64,000 nucleotides of DNA from an uncultured delta proteobacterium (GCA_963782055.1 CAWAIF010000003.1:3936001-4000000); one strand, 5' to 3'; positions 20,284 through 32,253 are shown, numbered from the stretch's first letter. Translations and numbers: made by a program. The notes: a model not told the origin generated them from the sequence alone.

Positions 20284-22407
20284 ATGAAGCGTTACATCCC
20301 CTTCCTCTTGCCCTTTGCGCTCGTCGTGGCGCACGTGGTGCTCCTGTACCGTGCGGCGGCTTCGCATACGCGCGGCGAGTTCACCTACCCGCTCGACGAC
20401 ACGTACATCCACATGGCGCTCGCCCACCACATCGCCTTCGACGGCGTGTACGGGGTGACGCGCTTCGAGTTCACGCCCGCCGCGTCGTCGATCGTGTGGC
20501 CGTGGCTGCTCGCCCTCCTGGATCGCGCCTTCGGCGAGCACGTGCTGACGCCCCTGATGGTGAACGTCGCCGCCGCGGCCGGCCTGGTGTGGGCGGTCAA
20601 GCGGGCGCTGGATCGCCTCGCCCCCGAGGCGACCACCGTCACGCGGACCTTCTGGGTCGTGGTGGTGGTGATCGTGACGCCGCTCTCCACGCTGGTGATC
20701 ATCGGGATGGAGCACACGCTCCACGCCATGGCCACCGTCCTCCTCGCGACGGAGGCCGCGGTGTGGCTCGCCAGGGACCAGGACACCGACGCGCGCAAGC
20801 GGTGGCGCCTGGTCCTCATCCTCGGGGCGCTGGGCGCGCTGGACGCCGCGTCCCGCTACGAGGGCTGCTTCCTCGTCGCGCTGGTGTGCGGCCTGGGCGC
20901 GCTGCGGCACCGCCTGCGCGAGTCGGTGGTGCTGGGCGCGGTGGCGGCGGTCCCGGTGCTCGGCTTCGGCCTGTGGTCGATGCTTCACGGCGGCCGGCTG
21001 CTCCCCAACTCGGTGCTGCTCAAGGGGCACCCGCTGCGCGTCAAGAGCATCTCCGACCTGGGTGACTTCTTCGGCGGCGACCTCGTGCACCGCGCGACGA
21101 TCGAGCCGCACCTGTTCGCCTGCGTCGTCTCCGCCGCCATCCTGCTGCTCATCGTGCGCAGGCGGCTCGGCCCGCGCACCACGCAGGGGACGTTCCTCGT
21201 CCTGGCGATCGGCACGACGCTCGCCCACATGCAGTTCGCCAACCTGGAGTGGTTCTTCCGCTACGAGGCGTACACCGTCACGCTGACGACCGCCGCGGTT
21301 GGCGTGGCGTGCGCGCGGCTATGGCCCTCGGCGCGGGCCCTGCTCGCCCGCGGGAAGGAGGTCCCGCTCGCCTTCGGCACCGGCGTGGCGGTTCTGCTGC
21401 TGGGCGGCGCGCTCATGGAGCGGACCATCTCGGCGGCCAGCATCACGCCCATGGCGTGCGCCAACATCTACGACCAGCAGGTGCAGAGCGCGCGCTTCCT
21501 GGAGCGCTTCTTCCCGAACGAGCCCGTCGTGGTCAACGACATCGGCGCCGTCGCGTACATGCGCACGGGGCCCATCGTCGACCTGATGGGCCTCGCCTCG
21601 ATCGAGGTGGCGCGCGCGCGGCACTACGACATCGACAAGCCGCTGGAGCGGAGCTTCGTCGCGCAGGTGGCGGCCAGGAGCGACGTCGCCGTCGTGTACG
21701 ACGAGTGGTTCCCCGGCGCCATCCCGTCCACGTGGACGCGGCTGGGTCGCTGGAGCATCGACTTCTGCCGGTCCTGTGCTTTCGCCGACGTGAGCATCTA
21801 CGCGACGCGGCCGGAGGCCATCCCGCGCGTGGCGGCGGCGCTGCGGGCCTACGCCCCGGGCCTCCCCGAGGACGTGGACCAGGCCGGCTGGTACGTCAAC
21901 CTCCCGCCCCACACGCCGGGCGAGCCCACCCTGCTGGGCGAGGGCGACGTGGTCTCCATCGAGGTGCCCGGCAACGCGCGCTACACCGACCTCGGCTTCG
22001 TCGGGCCGAACGGGCGCGTGGCGTACCGGTCGCTCGTGCGCGGGGCGATGGCGCGCGGCAGGACGCCGGACCAGCTGGCCAACGCGCTGGTCGCCGGCTG
22101 GAAGAAGAGCAAGGACCACGACCTTCCGCGGGACCTGCAGCGGCCCCACGTGAGGCTGATCACGCCGCGCGCGATGCGCTACACGGTGAGCGGCAACGTC
22201 TTCCGCTGGGGGGATTCGTGGACCGAGCAGCCGATGTCCGTCTCGAAGGCGCTCGCCCGCGCGGGCGGCCCCACCGCCGCGGCGAAACGGCCGCTGGCCA
22301 TCTACCTCTGGCACCAGGAGGGGGGCGAGCTCGTCAAGGAGCCTGTCGCCCCGGCCGACCTGGACACCGTGCTCATCGACGCGAACGACATCCTCGTCGT
22401 GCCCTGA
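20284..22407 (+). CDS. Polytopic GT-C-like membrane protein fused to a C-terminal Poly_export/SLBB-like module
   Basis: TM1 followed by YPLDDTYIH, GMEH, RYEG, PNSVLLK, DIGAVAY. C-terminus LGEGDVVSIEV...VGPNGRV...GRTPDQLANAL...TVSGNV...ALARAGG...NDILVVP. Confidence 0.75.
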   Translation: MKRYIPFLLPFALVVAHVVLLYRAAASHTRGEFTYPLDDTYIHMALAHHIAFDGVYGVTRFEFTPAASSIVWPWLLALLDRAFGEHVLTPLMVNVAAAAGLVWAVKRALDRLAPEATTVTRTFWVVVVVIVTPLSTLVIIGMEHTLHAMATVLLATEAAVWLARDQDTDARKRWRLVLILGALGALDAASRYEGCFLVALVCGLGALRHRLRESVVLGAVAAVPVLGFGLWSMLHGGRLLPNSVLLKGHPLRVKSISDLGDFFGGDLVHRATIEPHLFACVVSAAILLLIVRRRLGPRTTQGTFLVLAIGTTLAHMQFANLEWFFRYEAYTVTLTTAAVGVACARLWPSARALLARGKEVPLAFGTGVAVLLLGGALMERTISAASITPMACANIYDQQVQSARFLERFFPNEPVVVNDIGAVAYMRTGPIVDLMGLASIEVARARHYDIDKPLERSFVAQVAARSDVAVVYDEWFPGAIPSTWTRLGRWSIDFCRSCAFADVSIYATRPEAIPRVAAALRAYAPGLPEDVDQAGWYVNLPPHTPGEPTLLGEGDVVSIEVPGNARYTDLGFVGPNGRVAYRSLVRGAMARGRTPDQLANALVAGWKKSKDHDLPRDLQRPHVRLITPRAMRYTVSGNVFRWGDSWTEQPMSVSKALARAGGPTAAAKRPLAIYLWHQEGGELVKEPVAPADLDTVLIDANDILVVP

Positions 22408-23124
22408 TCAGCGGCCGACGCCCCAGATCTCCCCGGTGGCCCAGGTCGCGTCCAGGAGCGCGAGCACGACGTGCACGACCTCCTCGGCGGTGCCGAAGCG
22501 CCCGAGCGGTGAGCGCGTCGCCAGGCGGTGGGTGCGCAGCGGGTCGGCGTCGGCCTCCGGGTCGGCCACGATCCCCAGCGCCACCATGTTCACCCGGACG
22601 TCCGGCGCGAGCTCCACCGAGAGCGCCCGCAGGCCGGTGGCGAGCGCGCCCTTCGCCGTGATGTAGGCCACGTGGTTCTCGTAGGGGCGCGACATGCCCG
22701 CGTCGCCCAGGGCGACGACGGCGCCCTTGGCCGCGCTCAGATCCTCCGCCAGCGCCTGCACCAGGAGCAGCGGCGCGATCGCGTGGACGGTGAGCGTGTG
22801 CTGCAGGTCCTCCCGCCGCAAGGTCTCGAAGGGCGTCCTGGGGAAAGGTCCGCACGCGAGCACCACGTCGTCGATGCGAATGCCCTTCTCCCGCAGGCCG
22901 GCGACGATGATCTCCACCGCGTCGGTCCGGGTGAGGTCGGAGCAGACGTAGGGCGCCGGGTCCCGCCCGTGGGTCGCGCCCAGGTCGGCCGAGAGGGCCT
23001 CCAGCTTGTTGGGATCGCGGGCGGTGAGCACGACGTGATCCCCGCGGGCGGCGAGCGCGTGGGCGATGGCCACGCCGAGCCTGCCGGTGGCCCCCACGAT
23101 GAGCGTCTGGCGACCGCTTCGCAT
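22408..23124 (-). CDS. SDR oxidoreductase (pteridine reductase/FolM-like)
   Basis: VGATGRLG, YITAK (YxxxK), VRVNMVALG, PLGRFG. Confidence 0.85.
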   Translation of the reverse strand: MRSGRQTLIVGATGRLGVAIAHALAARGDHVVLTARDPNKLEALSADLGATHGRDPAPYVCSDLTRTDAVEIIVAGLREKGIRIDDVVLACGPFPRTPFETLRREDLQHTLTVHAIAPLLLVQALAEDLSAAKGAVVALGDAGMSRPYENHVAYITAKGALATGLRALSVELAPDVRVNMVALGIVADPEADADPLRTHRLATRSPLGRFGTAEEVVHVVLALLDATWATGEIWGVGR

Positions 23125-23172
23125 GACTCGCTTGTATCACGCCCCGAGGGGCACGCGTGGTAGAGTGCCTGC

Positions 23173-24417
23173 GTGCGTGCGAGAACCGGTGTCTTCGCTC
23201 TGGCCGCATGCGGTGCCTGCGCCGTCCTCGTCGGCGCGGCGTGCACCGACATTCTCGGTATCCAGACGCTGAGCAACGGCACACCCCCGTCGCCCGACTC
23301 CGGCGACGACGTGATGGAGGCCGGCGCGCCGGACGTGAGCTGCGATCCGCTCCACCCCTTCGCCCGGCCCAACGCCGCCGACACCGACGCGAGCGACTTC
23401 CAGTTCACCCTCGCCACGTACAGTTTCAAGGCGGGCCTCGAGCTCACCAGCGGCGACGACATCTACTACGACCTGGACAACGCGTGCACGTGCTCCGGGG
23501 CGCCCAACTCGGAGTCGTGTCAGCGTCCGGACGCGGCGAGCCCCGACTCGTGCGACCTCTCCCGTGGGCGCGACGGCACGGGCAACCTCACGCTCAAGTA
23601 CCTCCACACCTACGTCTCCGGCGTCAGCGACAAGAACCTCATCGCCAACCTGGACCAGGGCATCTTCGGCATGCTGGCCACCATCCGCGGCTACGACGGC
23701 GCCCAGGACGACCCGAACGTCCAGGTCGACATCATCCAGTCGCACGGCACGGTGCAGGAGAGCGCCCCGGGCGTGCCGATGACGAAGCTGGACCACGGCG
23801 TGAACGTGCTCGACACCCCCGCCCTCAAGCGCGACGGCACCGACGAGTGGTCCTACGACCCCAACGACGGCACCGCCGACGACGCCGGGCTCATCAGCTC
23901 CGACGCCCACGACGGCAACGCGTACGTCGCCGGCGGGGTGCTCGTCGCGCACTTCCCGGTGCTGCGCATCAACGTGGACTTCAAGCTCACCAACGACAAC
24001 CCCATCGTGGTGCGCATCACCGACGCGATCGTCTCCGCCACGGTGACGCGCATCGACGACGCCGGCGCGCCGTACCAGCTCGACAACGGCAAGGTCGCCG
24101 GCCGCTGGCGCCTCGCCGACATGCTCGCCGCCTTCGGCGGGTGGACGGACCCCTTCGGCTCGGGCAACGAGGGCATCTGCCCCGGGTCGCCCGCCTACGC
24201 GCCGGTCCAGTCGGCGGCATGCCCCCGCAGGGACGTCCGGTCGGTGTCGTCGGAGGACGGCAAGAACCTGCCGTGCGACTCGCTCTCCTTCGGCATCGGC
24301 TTCACCGCCGGCCCGGCGAAGGTGTGGGGTCCGTGGCAGTACCCCTACCGCGACACCACGTGCTTCGACGCCTCCGTCGCCACCGGCCCGCCCGTGGCCG
24401 GCGACCCCTGCCAGTGA
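23173..24417 (+). CDS. Cys-rich lipoprotein
   Basis: Signal peptide ending VGAA-C followed by TDILGIQTL. Multiple Cys, Asp-rich. Confidence 0.75.
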   Translation: MRARTGVFALAACGACAVLVGAACTDILGIQTLSNGTPPSPDSGDDVMEAGAPDVSCDPLHPFARPNAADTDASDFQFTLATYSFKAGLELTSGDDIYYDLDNACTCSGAPNSESCQRPDAASPDSCDLSRGRDGTGNLTLKYLHTYVSGVSDKNLIANLDQGIFGMLATIRGYDGAQDDPNVQVDIIQSHGTVQESAPGVPMTKLDHGVNVLDTPALKRDGTDEWSYDPNDGTADDAGLISSDAHDGNAYVAGGVLVAHFPVLRINVDFKLTNDNPIVVRITDAIVSATVTRIDDAGAPYQLDNGKVAGRWRLADMLAAFGGWTDPFGSGNEGICPGSPAYAPVQSAACPRRDVRSVSSEDGKNLPCDSLSFGIGFTAGPAKVWGPWQYPYRDTTCFDASVATGPPVAGDPCQ

Positions 24418-24426
24418 CCCCGGCCC

Positions 24427-25479
24427 TCAGTTGCAGGACGTGGGGGCGTTGTTGCACTTCGGCGGCGGCGGTACGCCCCCGTCGACGTCCTGCCACGACG
24501 CCGCCTGCGCTTTGAAGTCGAAACCGACGGAGACCGCGTCGCAGGTCTTCCCCGTCCCGTCGTCCGCCTGCTTCTGCATGATGTCGCGCGACGAGCAGAG
24601 CGCGGTCTGGGCGACGGAGCCGGCGCACGTGTTGATCGGAAAGGGGATGAACTGGTTGGCGAGTGCGGCCACCGCGTCGTCTGCCTGCCAGCGGCCGCCC
24701 AGCGTCCCCTGGACGGACTTGTGATCGGAGGCGATGGTCCCCACCAGCACCGGCCCGTCCAGGCGCAGGACCATGTCGGAGAAGCCGAGCTGCGCGACCC
24801 GCACGATGAAGTCGAAGTGGTCGAAGAAGAGCACGACCTGGCCGCTGCTGACCCAGCCGCGGGTGGAGACACCGTCGCCGGCGGCGACCTCGTGCTTCCA
24901 GTCGAAGCCGGCGTCGGTGCCGCCGTCCCCGAGCGCCTCCCCACGGCCCGAGCCGAGGAAGCCGGTGACGCTCGGGTCGTCCGGCTGGCCGTCCCAGTCG
25001 GTGATGCGCAGCGTCAGCGCGGAGTAGCCGAGCTCCACCGCCTTCTCCAGCGGCGCCCCGAGCGGCAGGGGCGAGACGAGGGAGTCGTGGATGGCGTCGT
25101 CGATGCCGTTGCCGGAGACGTCCTTCTTGCCCCCGGCGGGGTCCGGGAAGACGCAGGGGTTGGCGCTCGCGCTGAGGGTGCACGCGTGGTCCAGGTTGAG
25201 CCCCTTGCCGGCCCCGCCCAGGCCGGTGCCCAGGCCGAAGTCCACCGAGGTGACCACGAAGGTGAGCGGGTCGTTGATGGCCACGCCGTCGCTCGCGTCG
25301 GGCTTGGGCGGGCCGGGATCGCTGGTGCACGGGTCGCGGTAGGTGTCCGGTGCGGCGTCGACGGTGGGGGGCTGCTCGCGGTCCAGCGTCTGGATGCCGA
25401 GCACGTCGGCGCACGCCACCGCCAGCCCGCAGCACGCGAGCACCACCACGCCGGCGCCGACGAGACGCGCGCGGCTCAA
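24427..25479 (-). CDS. Cys-rich lipoprotein, paralog of 23173..24417
   Basis: TTG start at 25479 overlaps the upstream stop. LAVA-C followed by ADVLGIQTL. Shares LDxACT, GRW and CDxxS motifs with the neighbour. Confidence 0.72.
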   Translation of the reverse strand: MSRARLVGAGVVVLACCGLAVACADVLGIQTLDREQPPTVDAAPDTYRDPCTSDPGPPKPDASDGVAINDPLTFVVTSVDFGLGTGLGGAGKGLNLDHACTLSASANPCVFPDPAGGKKDVSGNGIDDAIHDSLVSPLPLGAPLEKAVELGYSALTLRITDWDGQPDDPSVTGFLGSGRGEALGDGGTDAGFDWKHEVAAGDGVSTRGWVSSGQVVLFFDHFDFIVRVAQLGFSDMVLRLDGPVLVGTIASDHKSVQGTLGGRWQADDAVAALANQFIPFPINTCAGSVAQTALCSSRDIMQKQADDGTGKTCDAVSVGFDFKAQAASWQDVDGGVPPPPKCNNAPTSCN

Positions 25480-26498
25480 AAGACCCCGAACGCCATGACC
25501 CCGCCGAGCGTCGGCGCGACGTAGACGGCGGCCTGGTCCGGGGTCTGGCCCTCTTCGGTGTGCGGCGGCGCGCCGGTGAGGAAGACCGCCGCCCCGGCCG
25601 CGACCGCGGCGCCCCCGGCGATGAGCAGCACGGTCGAGGTGGTGGCGTAGGCGTTGGCCTGATCGCCCAGCTGCGGCGCGTTGCTGTCGAAGGGGCAGGT
25701 GGGGAAGCTGGGACCGCACTTGGTCTTCGCGTCGTTCCACGTGCTCGCCGCGACACCGCCGAAGATGCCGCCGCCTGCCATCGTCAGGGCGCCCACGCCC
25801 GCCACGACGGTGCCGATGATGCGCTGGGTGGTCCAGAAGCCCTGCACCTCCACCACCTGCTGCACGACGTGGGTCACGACCTTGGGCCCCTGCACCGGCG
25901 CGTCCTCCAGCTTGGCGACGGTGACCTCCGCGTTCTTGCCCGGGAGCACGGTGACGTGGAGGGTCTCGGTCTTCTTCGTCGGTGCGGTGACCTCGAAGGT
26001 GTGCTGCCCGGGGTCCATCGGGAGGGGGGCGCCCCACGCGCCCTCGGCGAGCAGCACCTTGCCGTCGCGCTTGATCGTCATGCCCGGCACGCGCACCTCG
26101 GGCGGCACGTTGACCGTCACGCGCAGCAGGCCCGGCTCCAGCGAGGCCACCTTGCGCTTGGCGTAGTCCTCGTACTCCGGGTGACCCTGCCGCCGGCCGA
26201 GGGTGATGGCGTCCACGTAGGCGCCCCACGCGCTGGCGTTCTGTCCGTTCTTCTCGTAGCAGTCGCCCAGGTTGAGCAGAGTGCCGACGCGCGCCACCTG
26301 ATCGTTGGACGCCTGGAACTTGGAGCACGCCTGCGCGTACTTCTTCTGGTCCATGAGCTGCTGCGCCTGATCGAAGAGCGTCTTGGCGGCCGCGACGCGC
26401 TCGGCGGGCGGCTGGCCCGCGTCCGGGCTCTGCGCGAGAGCCGGCGAGGCGATGCCGGCGAGGAGTGCTGCGGCGAGGAGCGTCGTACGGAATCGCAC
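25476..26498 (-). CDS. Secreted TPR + PEGA-like protein with C-terminal hydrophobic hairpin
   Basis: Signal peptide, AAAKTLFDQA...ACSKFQAS...TLLNLGDCYEKNG (TPR), PMDPGQHTFEVTAP (PEGA-like), Gly/Ala-rich hydrophobic C-terminal helices. Confidence 0.8.
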   Translation of the reverse strand: MRFRTTLLAAALLAGIASPALAQSPDAGQPPAERVAAAKTLFDQAQQLMDQKKYAQACSKFQASNDQVARVGTLLNLGDCYEKNGQNASAWGAYVDAITLGRRQGHPEYEDYAKRKVASLEPGLLRVTVNVPPEVRVPGMTIKRDGKVLLAEGAWGAPLPMDPGQHTFEVTAPTKKTETLHVTVLPGKNAEVTVAKLEDAPVQGPKVVTHVVQQVVEVQGFWTTQRIIGTVVAGVGALTMAGGGIFGGVAASTWNDAKTKCGPSFPTCPFDSNAPQLGDQANAYATTSTVLLIAGGAAVAAGAAVFLTGAPPHTEEGQTPDQAAVYVAPTLGGVMAFGVF

Positions 26499-26507
26499 GA
26501 CCGCAGG

Positions 26508-27917
26508 CTACTCGAAAGTCTTGGGCGGCGCAGTCACCGTCGGCGCTGGGTTGACGGTCTTGGCGGTGGCGGTGGCCTTGGGGTGGGGCGTGACGTGCTT
26601 GACCGTCGGGTGGGTGGCCGGCCTGGGCGGCGGCTTTGCGGTGGCGGTGGCCGCCTCGGTGGCGCTGGGCTTGGCGGAAGGGACGCTGGGGGTGGGCTGC
26701 GGCGGCGGCGTCGCGATCACCGCGGTGACGGTGGGGGCGGTCGGGGCGGCGGAGCCCGGTGGCGCTGCGCTGGCCCCGGCGGCCGGGTCGGCGGGGGAGA
26801 AGGCCACGCCGCGGATGGCGAAGAAGCCCCCCACCAGCAGGAGCACCCCCAGCGCGCCCGCCGCCGCGAGCAGCGTCGTACGCTTCTTGTTCTCCGGGAA
26901 GGCCTGCGTCGCGCCCCACGCCGTGCCGCCAGTGCCCACCTTCGCGTTGCGGGAGGTGTCGGTGACGATGCTCACCATCGGCGGACGGGAGGGGACCTGC
27001 AGGGTGGCGGCGATGCGGTCGGTCGCCCCGCGCGAGGCATCCGGGGCGTAGGGCTCGAGCGCCGCCGCGAGCTCCGCCACGTTCTGGAAGCGCTGGCCGG
27101 GATCCTTCTCCAGGCACTTGAGCACGACGGCGTTCAGCCCCTCCGAGACCTCCGGCCGGAGGCTGCGCGGGGGCTCCGCGGCGTCCTGCACGACCTTGAG
27201 GCAGAGCTCGGGGATGGCCTCCGCCTCGAAGGGCACGCGACCGGTGAGCAGCTCGTAGAGGATGACGCCCAGGCCCCATATGTCGGAGCGCTGATCCACG
27301 TTCTTGGACGAGCGCATCTGCTCGGGCGACATGTAAAGCGGCGAGCCCATGATGGACGACGTGCGGGTCAGGGAGAGGCCCGACTGGGTGTCGATGGACT
27401 TGGAGATGCCGAAGTCGAGCACCTTCACCAGCGCGGTGCCGTCCACGTGGCGGGTCACGAAGAGGTTCTGCGGCTTCAGATCGCGGTGGATGATGCCGAT
27501 GGAGTGGGCCTCGGCGATGGCTTCGCAGGCCTGCAGCACGTAGTTGACCGCGTCCCCCGGCTCCATCGTGCCCAGGTTGTGCATGACGTGCGAGAGGTCC
27601 GCGCCGTCCAGGTACTCCATGACCATGTACGGGGCGCCGGTCTCCAGGACGCCGACATCGGCCACCTTCGCGGCGTGCAGGCTCTTGAGTCGCACCGCGG
27701 CGCGCGCCTCGCGCTGGAAGCGCTCCACCGCCTCGTGGCTCTGCATGGCCTGCGGCAGCAGGAACTTCAGCGCGACCTTCTGATCGAGCTGCAGGTGCGT
27801 GGCCTGCACGACGACGCCCATTCCCCCCACGCCGAGCACCCTGTCCACGCGGTACTTGCCCGCGAGGACGTCCCCGATCGCGACGGGGAGGTCCGGGTTG
27901 GCGGCATCGTCCGACAT
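26508..27917 (-). CDS. Transmembrane Ser/Thr protein kinase
   Basis: LGVGGMGVV, VALK, HRDLKPQN, DFGISK, GSPLYMSPE, a TM helix, Pro/Thr tail. GGAGG RBS before ATG 27917. Confidence 0.92.
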   Translation of the reverse strand: MSDDAANPDLPVAIGDVLAGKYRVDRVLGVGGMGVVVQATHLQLDQKVALKFLLPQAMQSHEAVERFQREARAAVRLKSLHAAKVADVGVLETGAPYMVMEYLDGADLSHVMHNLGTMEPGDAVNYVLQACEAIAEAHSIGIIHRDLKPQNLFVTRHVDGTALVKVLDFGISKSIDTQSGLSLTRTSSIMGSPLYMSPEQMRSSKNVDQRSDIWGLGVILYELLTGRVPFEAEAIPELCLKVVQDAAEPPRSLRPEVSEGLNAVVLKCLEKDPGQRFQNVAELAAALEPYAPDASRGATDRIAATLQVPSRPPMVSIVTDTSRNAKVGTGGTAWGATQAFPENKKRTTLLAAAGALGVLLLVGGFFAIRGVAFSPADPAAGASAAPPGSAAPTAPTVTAVIATPPPQPTPSVPSAKPSATEAATATAKPPPRPATHPTVKHVTPHPKATATAKTVNPAPTVTAPPKTFE

Positions 27918-27954
27918 CAAGCCTCCAGAACCCTGGATCATCGCCCGCTTACGC

Positions 27955-27971
27955 CGCAAAGGCAATGCCAG
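27955..27971 (-). promoter_or_regulatory. Candidate sigma-54 (-24/-12) promoter
   Basis: Minus strand CTGGCATTGCCTTTGCG: GG-N10-GC with TGGCA and TTGC elements, about 40 bp upstream of the kinase start. Confidence 0.6.
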
Positions 27972-28082
27972 GAGCGGGAATTTTCATGGGGCAGCGCGCT
28001 CCGGCGGGGCGTCATCATGCCGCGCCACGCCGCGCTTTCGTAAGCACCCTGGCGCTCCTCCGGGGGGGGGCGGCCCGCGCTC

Positions 28083-29216
28083 TCAGAGCGCCTTCTTGTA
28101 GACGCGGTACTTCTTGTAGACCTTCGCGCCCATCGACTTGATGCCCAGGTTGATGGGGGCGTCGTCCTCGCGCGTCCAGGAGAGCTCGCCCCACCGGTAG
28201 CCCTTGGCGGCGCCGCGCTTCGAGACCTCCACGTACATCGCCGCGGAGAGGCCGCCGTAGCGCTTCACGTTCTGCCGCACCTCCTTCTTGATGCCGAGCA
28301 TCATCAGGCGGGCAGACTCGGGGTGCTTGACCTTCACGCGGTACAGGAGCTTCGCCCAGCCGAAGGGGAGGACCTTGCCGCCCAGGTCGGCCATGGCCTC
28401 GTTCAGGTTGGGGAGCAGGATGCACATGCCCATCGCCTTGCCGTTGACCTCCGCCATGAAGGCGATGTCCGGGTCGATGATGAGCTTCATGTCCTTGGCG
28501 ATCTTCTTCACCTCGTCGGGCAGGGCCGGGACCACGCCCCACTTGCCCTCCCAGGCGTCGTTGTAGATGTCCATGATGTCGCGGAGCTCGCGCTCCATCT
28601 GCGAGGTGTCGACCGAGCGCAGGCGCACCTCCGGCAGGCTCTTGATCTGCTCCCACGCCTTGATGACGCGCTTGGGCAAGTCGTGCGACTCGTAGCGCCA
28701 GGCGAAGAGGTCCTTCTCCTTCTCCAGGCCGCAGCCCTCGATCAGCTTGCCCTGGTACGGGCGGGAGTGCGCCATCATCAGGTTGGGCGGGTACTCGAAG
28801 CCCTCGATCAGGCAGCCGACCTCCTCGTTCGCGTACAGGGAGAAGGGACCCATCATCCGCTTCAGCCCGCGGACCTTCAGCCACTTGGCGGCGGCGTCCA
28901 TCAGCGCTTGCGCGACCTCCTGATCGTCCATGGTGTCGAAGAAGCCGAAGAAGCCGGTCTCGTCGTTCCACACGCGCAGGTGCTCGCGGTCGATGCTGGC
29001 GCTCGCGCGGCCCATGAGCTTGCCGTCCTTCCACGCCGTGAAGAGGGTGACCTCGGCGCGGTTGAAGAACGGGTTGGACTTGGGGTTGAGGCGATCCTTG
29101 AGCTCCAGGTCCAGCGGCGGGACCCAGGTGGGATCGAAGCGGAAGACCTCGTGTCCGGCGCGGACGAAGTCCTTCAGGTCGCGACCGGGGGTGTGCTCGC
29201 GGATCTCGATGGCCAT
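28083..29216 (-). CDS. GNAT-fold N-acetyltransferase (YghO-like)
   Basis: DPTWVPPL...LNPKSNPFF, GFFGFF, MMGPF...NEEVGCLIEGF, ELSWTREDDAP...KKYRVYKK. Confidence 0.8.
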   Translation of the reverse strand: MAIEIREHTPGRDLKDFVRAGHEVFRFDPTWVPPLDLELKDRLNPKSNPFFNRAEVTLFTAWKDGKLMGRASASIDREHLRVWNDETGFFGFFDTMDDQEVAQALMDAAAKWLKVRGLKRMMGPFSLYANEEVGCLIEGFEYPPNLMMAHSRPYQGKLIEGCGLEKEKDLFAWRYESHDLPKRVIKAWEQIKSLPEVRLRSVDTSQMERELRDIMDIYNDAWEGKWGVVPALPDEVKKIAKDMKLIIDPDIAFMAEVNGKAMGMCILLPNLNEAMADLGGKVLPFGWAKLLYRVKVKHPESARLMMLGIKKEVRQNVKRYGGLSAAMYVEVSKRGAAKGYRWGELSWTREDDAPINLGIKSMGAKVYKKYRVYKKAL

Positions 29217-29412
29217 GGCGGGGTGATGCATAGCAGAAGTTGCGCGCGGGCGTCCCCCCCGACCCCCGCGCTCCAGCTCGACCATCGCCGGGCGCTGGAA
29301 ACCCGCCCGAAACACTCCCCGGGCACCATTGCGCCGCGCGTCACAAGACGCTAGCACCCGGCCAACGCGCGCTACGCAAGCACGCCCCACGCATCGCACG
29401 TAACGAGGTCCC

Positions 29413-31639
<2,227 letters not shown>

Positions 31640-31659
31640 AGCGCGCCGCGGACGGAGTG

Positions 31660-32253
31660 TCACCGCGGCGGAGCAGGCTCGTACGCGCGCTCGAGGTCGC
31701 CGCGCCGGTGCTCGCGCCGCGCCTGCGCGCGTCGGGCGTGCGCTTCTTGCCGTGGAACCCAGAAGCCGCCCTCGGCGAACCTGTCGAGGACGGCCTCGTC
31801 GCCGAAGCCGAGCCGGATGCGCAGGCAGAGCACCTCCAGATGCCTGCGGGCGCGTTGGCACGCGCGGGTGGCCGGCCAGCGCCGCTCCCCCGGCGCAAGC
31901 GCGCCGTCGAGCGCCACCCCGACGTGCCCCACGAGCACCAGCCCGAAGAACGCGCGGCGCACGCGGCGCCGGCCTTCGCGCGTCAGCGCGACGATGCAGT
32001 CGCGGCCGTCACGCCGCCGCGTGACGAGCCCGAGTTGCTCGAGCGACCGCATCATCTGGCTGATGGTCGACCGCGCCACCCCCAGCCCGCGCCGTAGCTG
32101 GCTCTGAAGCGTGACGGTGTGCCTGCCCAGCCGGTAGAGCGCGTCGAGCAGGTCGTACCGCGCCGCCGTGAGCCCCATCGCCGCGAGCGCCCGCCGGGTC
32201 AGCCTGAGCGTCGCGTAGTACGCCCGCTTGATCGTGAAGAAGAGAGGGTCCAT
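31660..32253 (-). CDS. MarR-family winged-helix regulator
   Basis: MDPLFFTIKRAYY...GLTAARYDLL...QSQLRRGLGVARSTISQMMRSLEQLGLVTR...VALTREG. Confidence 0.78.
   Translation of the reverse strand: MDPLFFTIKRAYYATLRLTRRALAAMGLTAARYDLLDALYRLGRHTVTLQSQLRRGLGVARSTISQMMRSLEQLGLVTRRRDGRDCIVALTREGRRRVRRAFFGLVLVGHVGVALDGALAPGERRWPATRACQRARRHLEVLCLRIRLGFGDEAVLDRFAEGGFWVPRQEAHARRAQARREHRRGDLERAYEPAPPR

Noticed and set aside
29318..29336. Sigma-54 promoter for glutamine synthetase (GG-N10-GC in CCGGGCACCATTGCGC)
   Set aside because: The spacing fits only with poor flanking matches; too weak in a GC-rich background.
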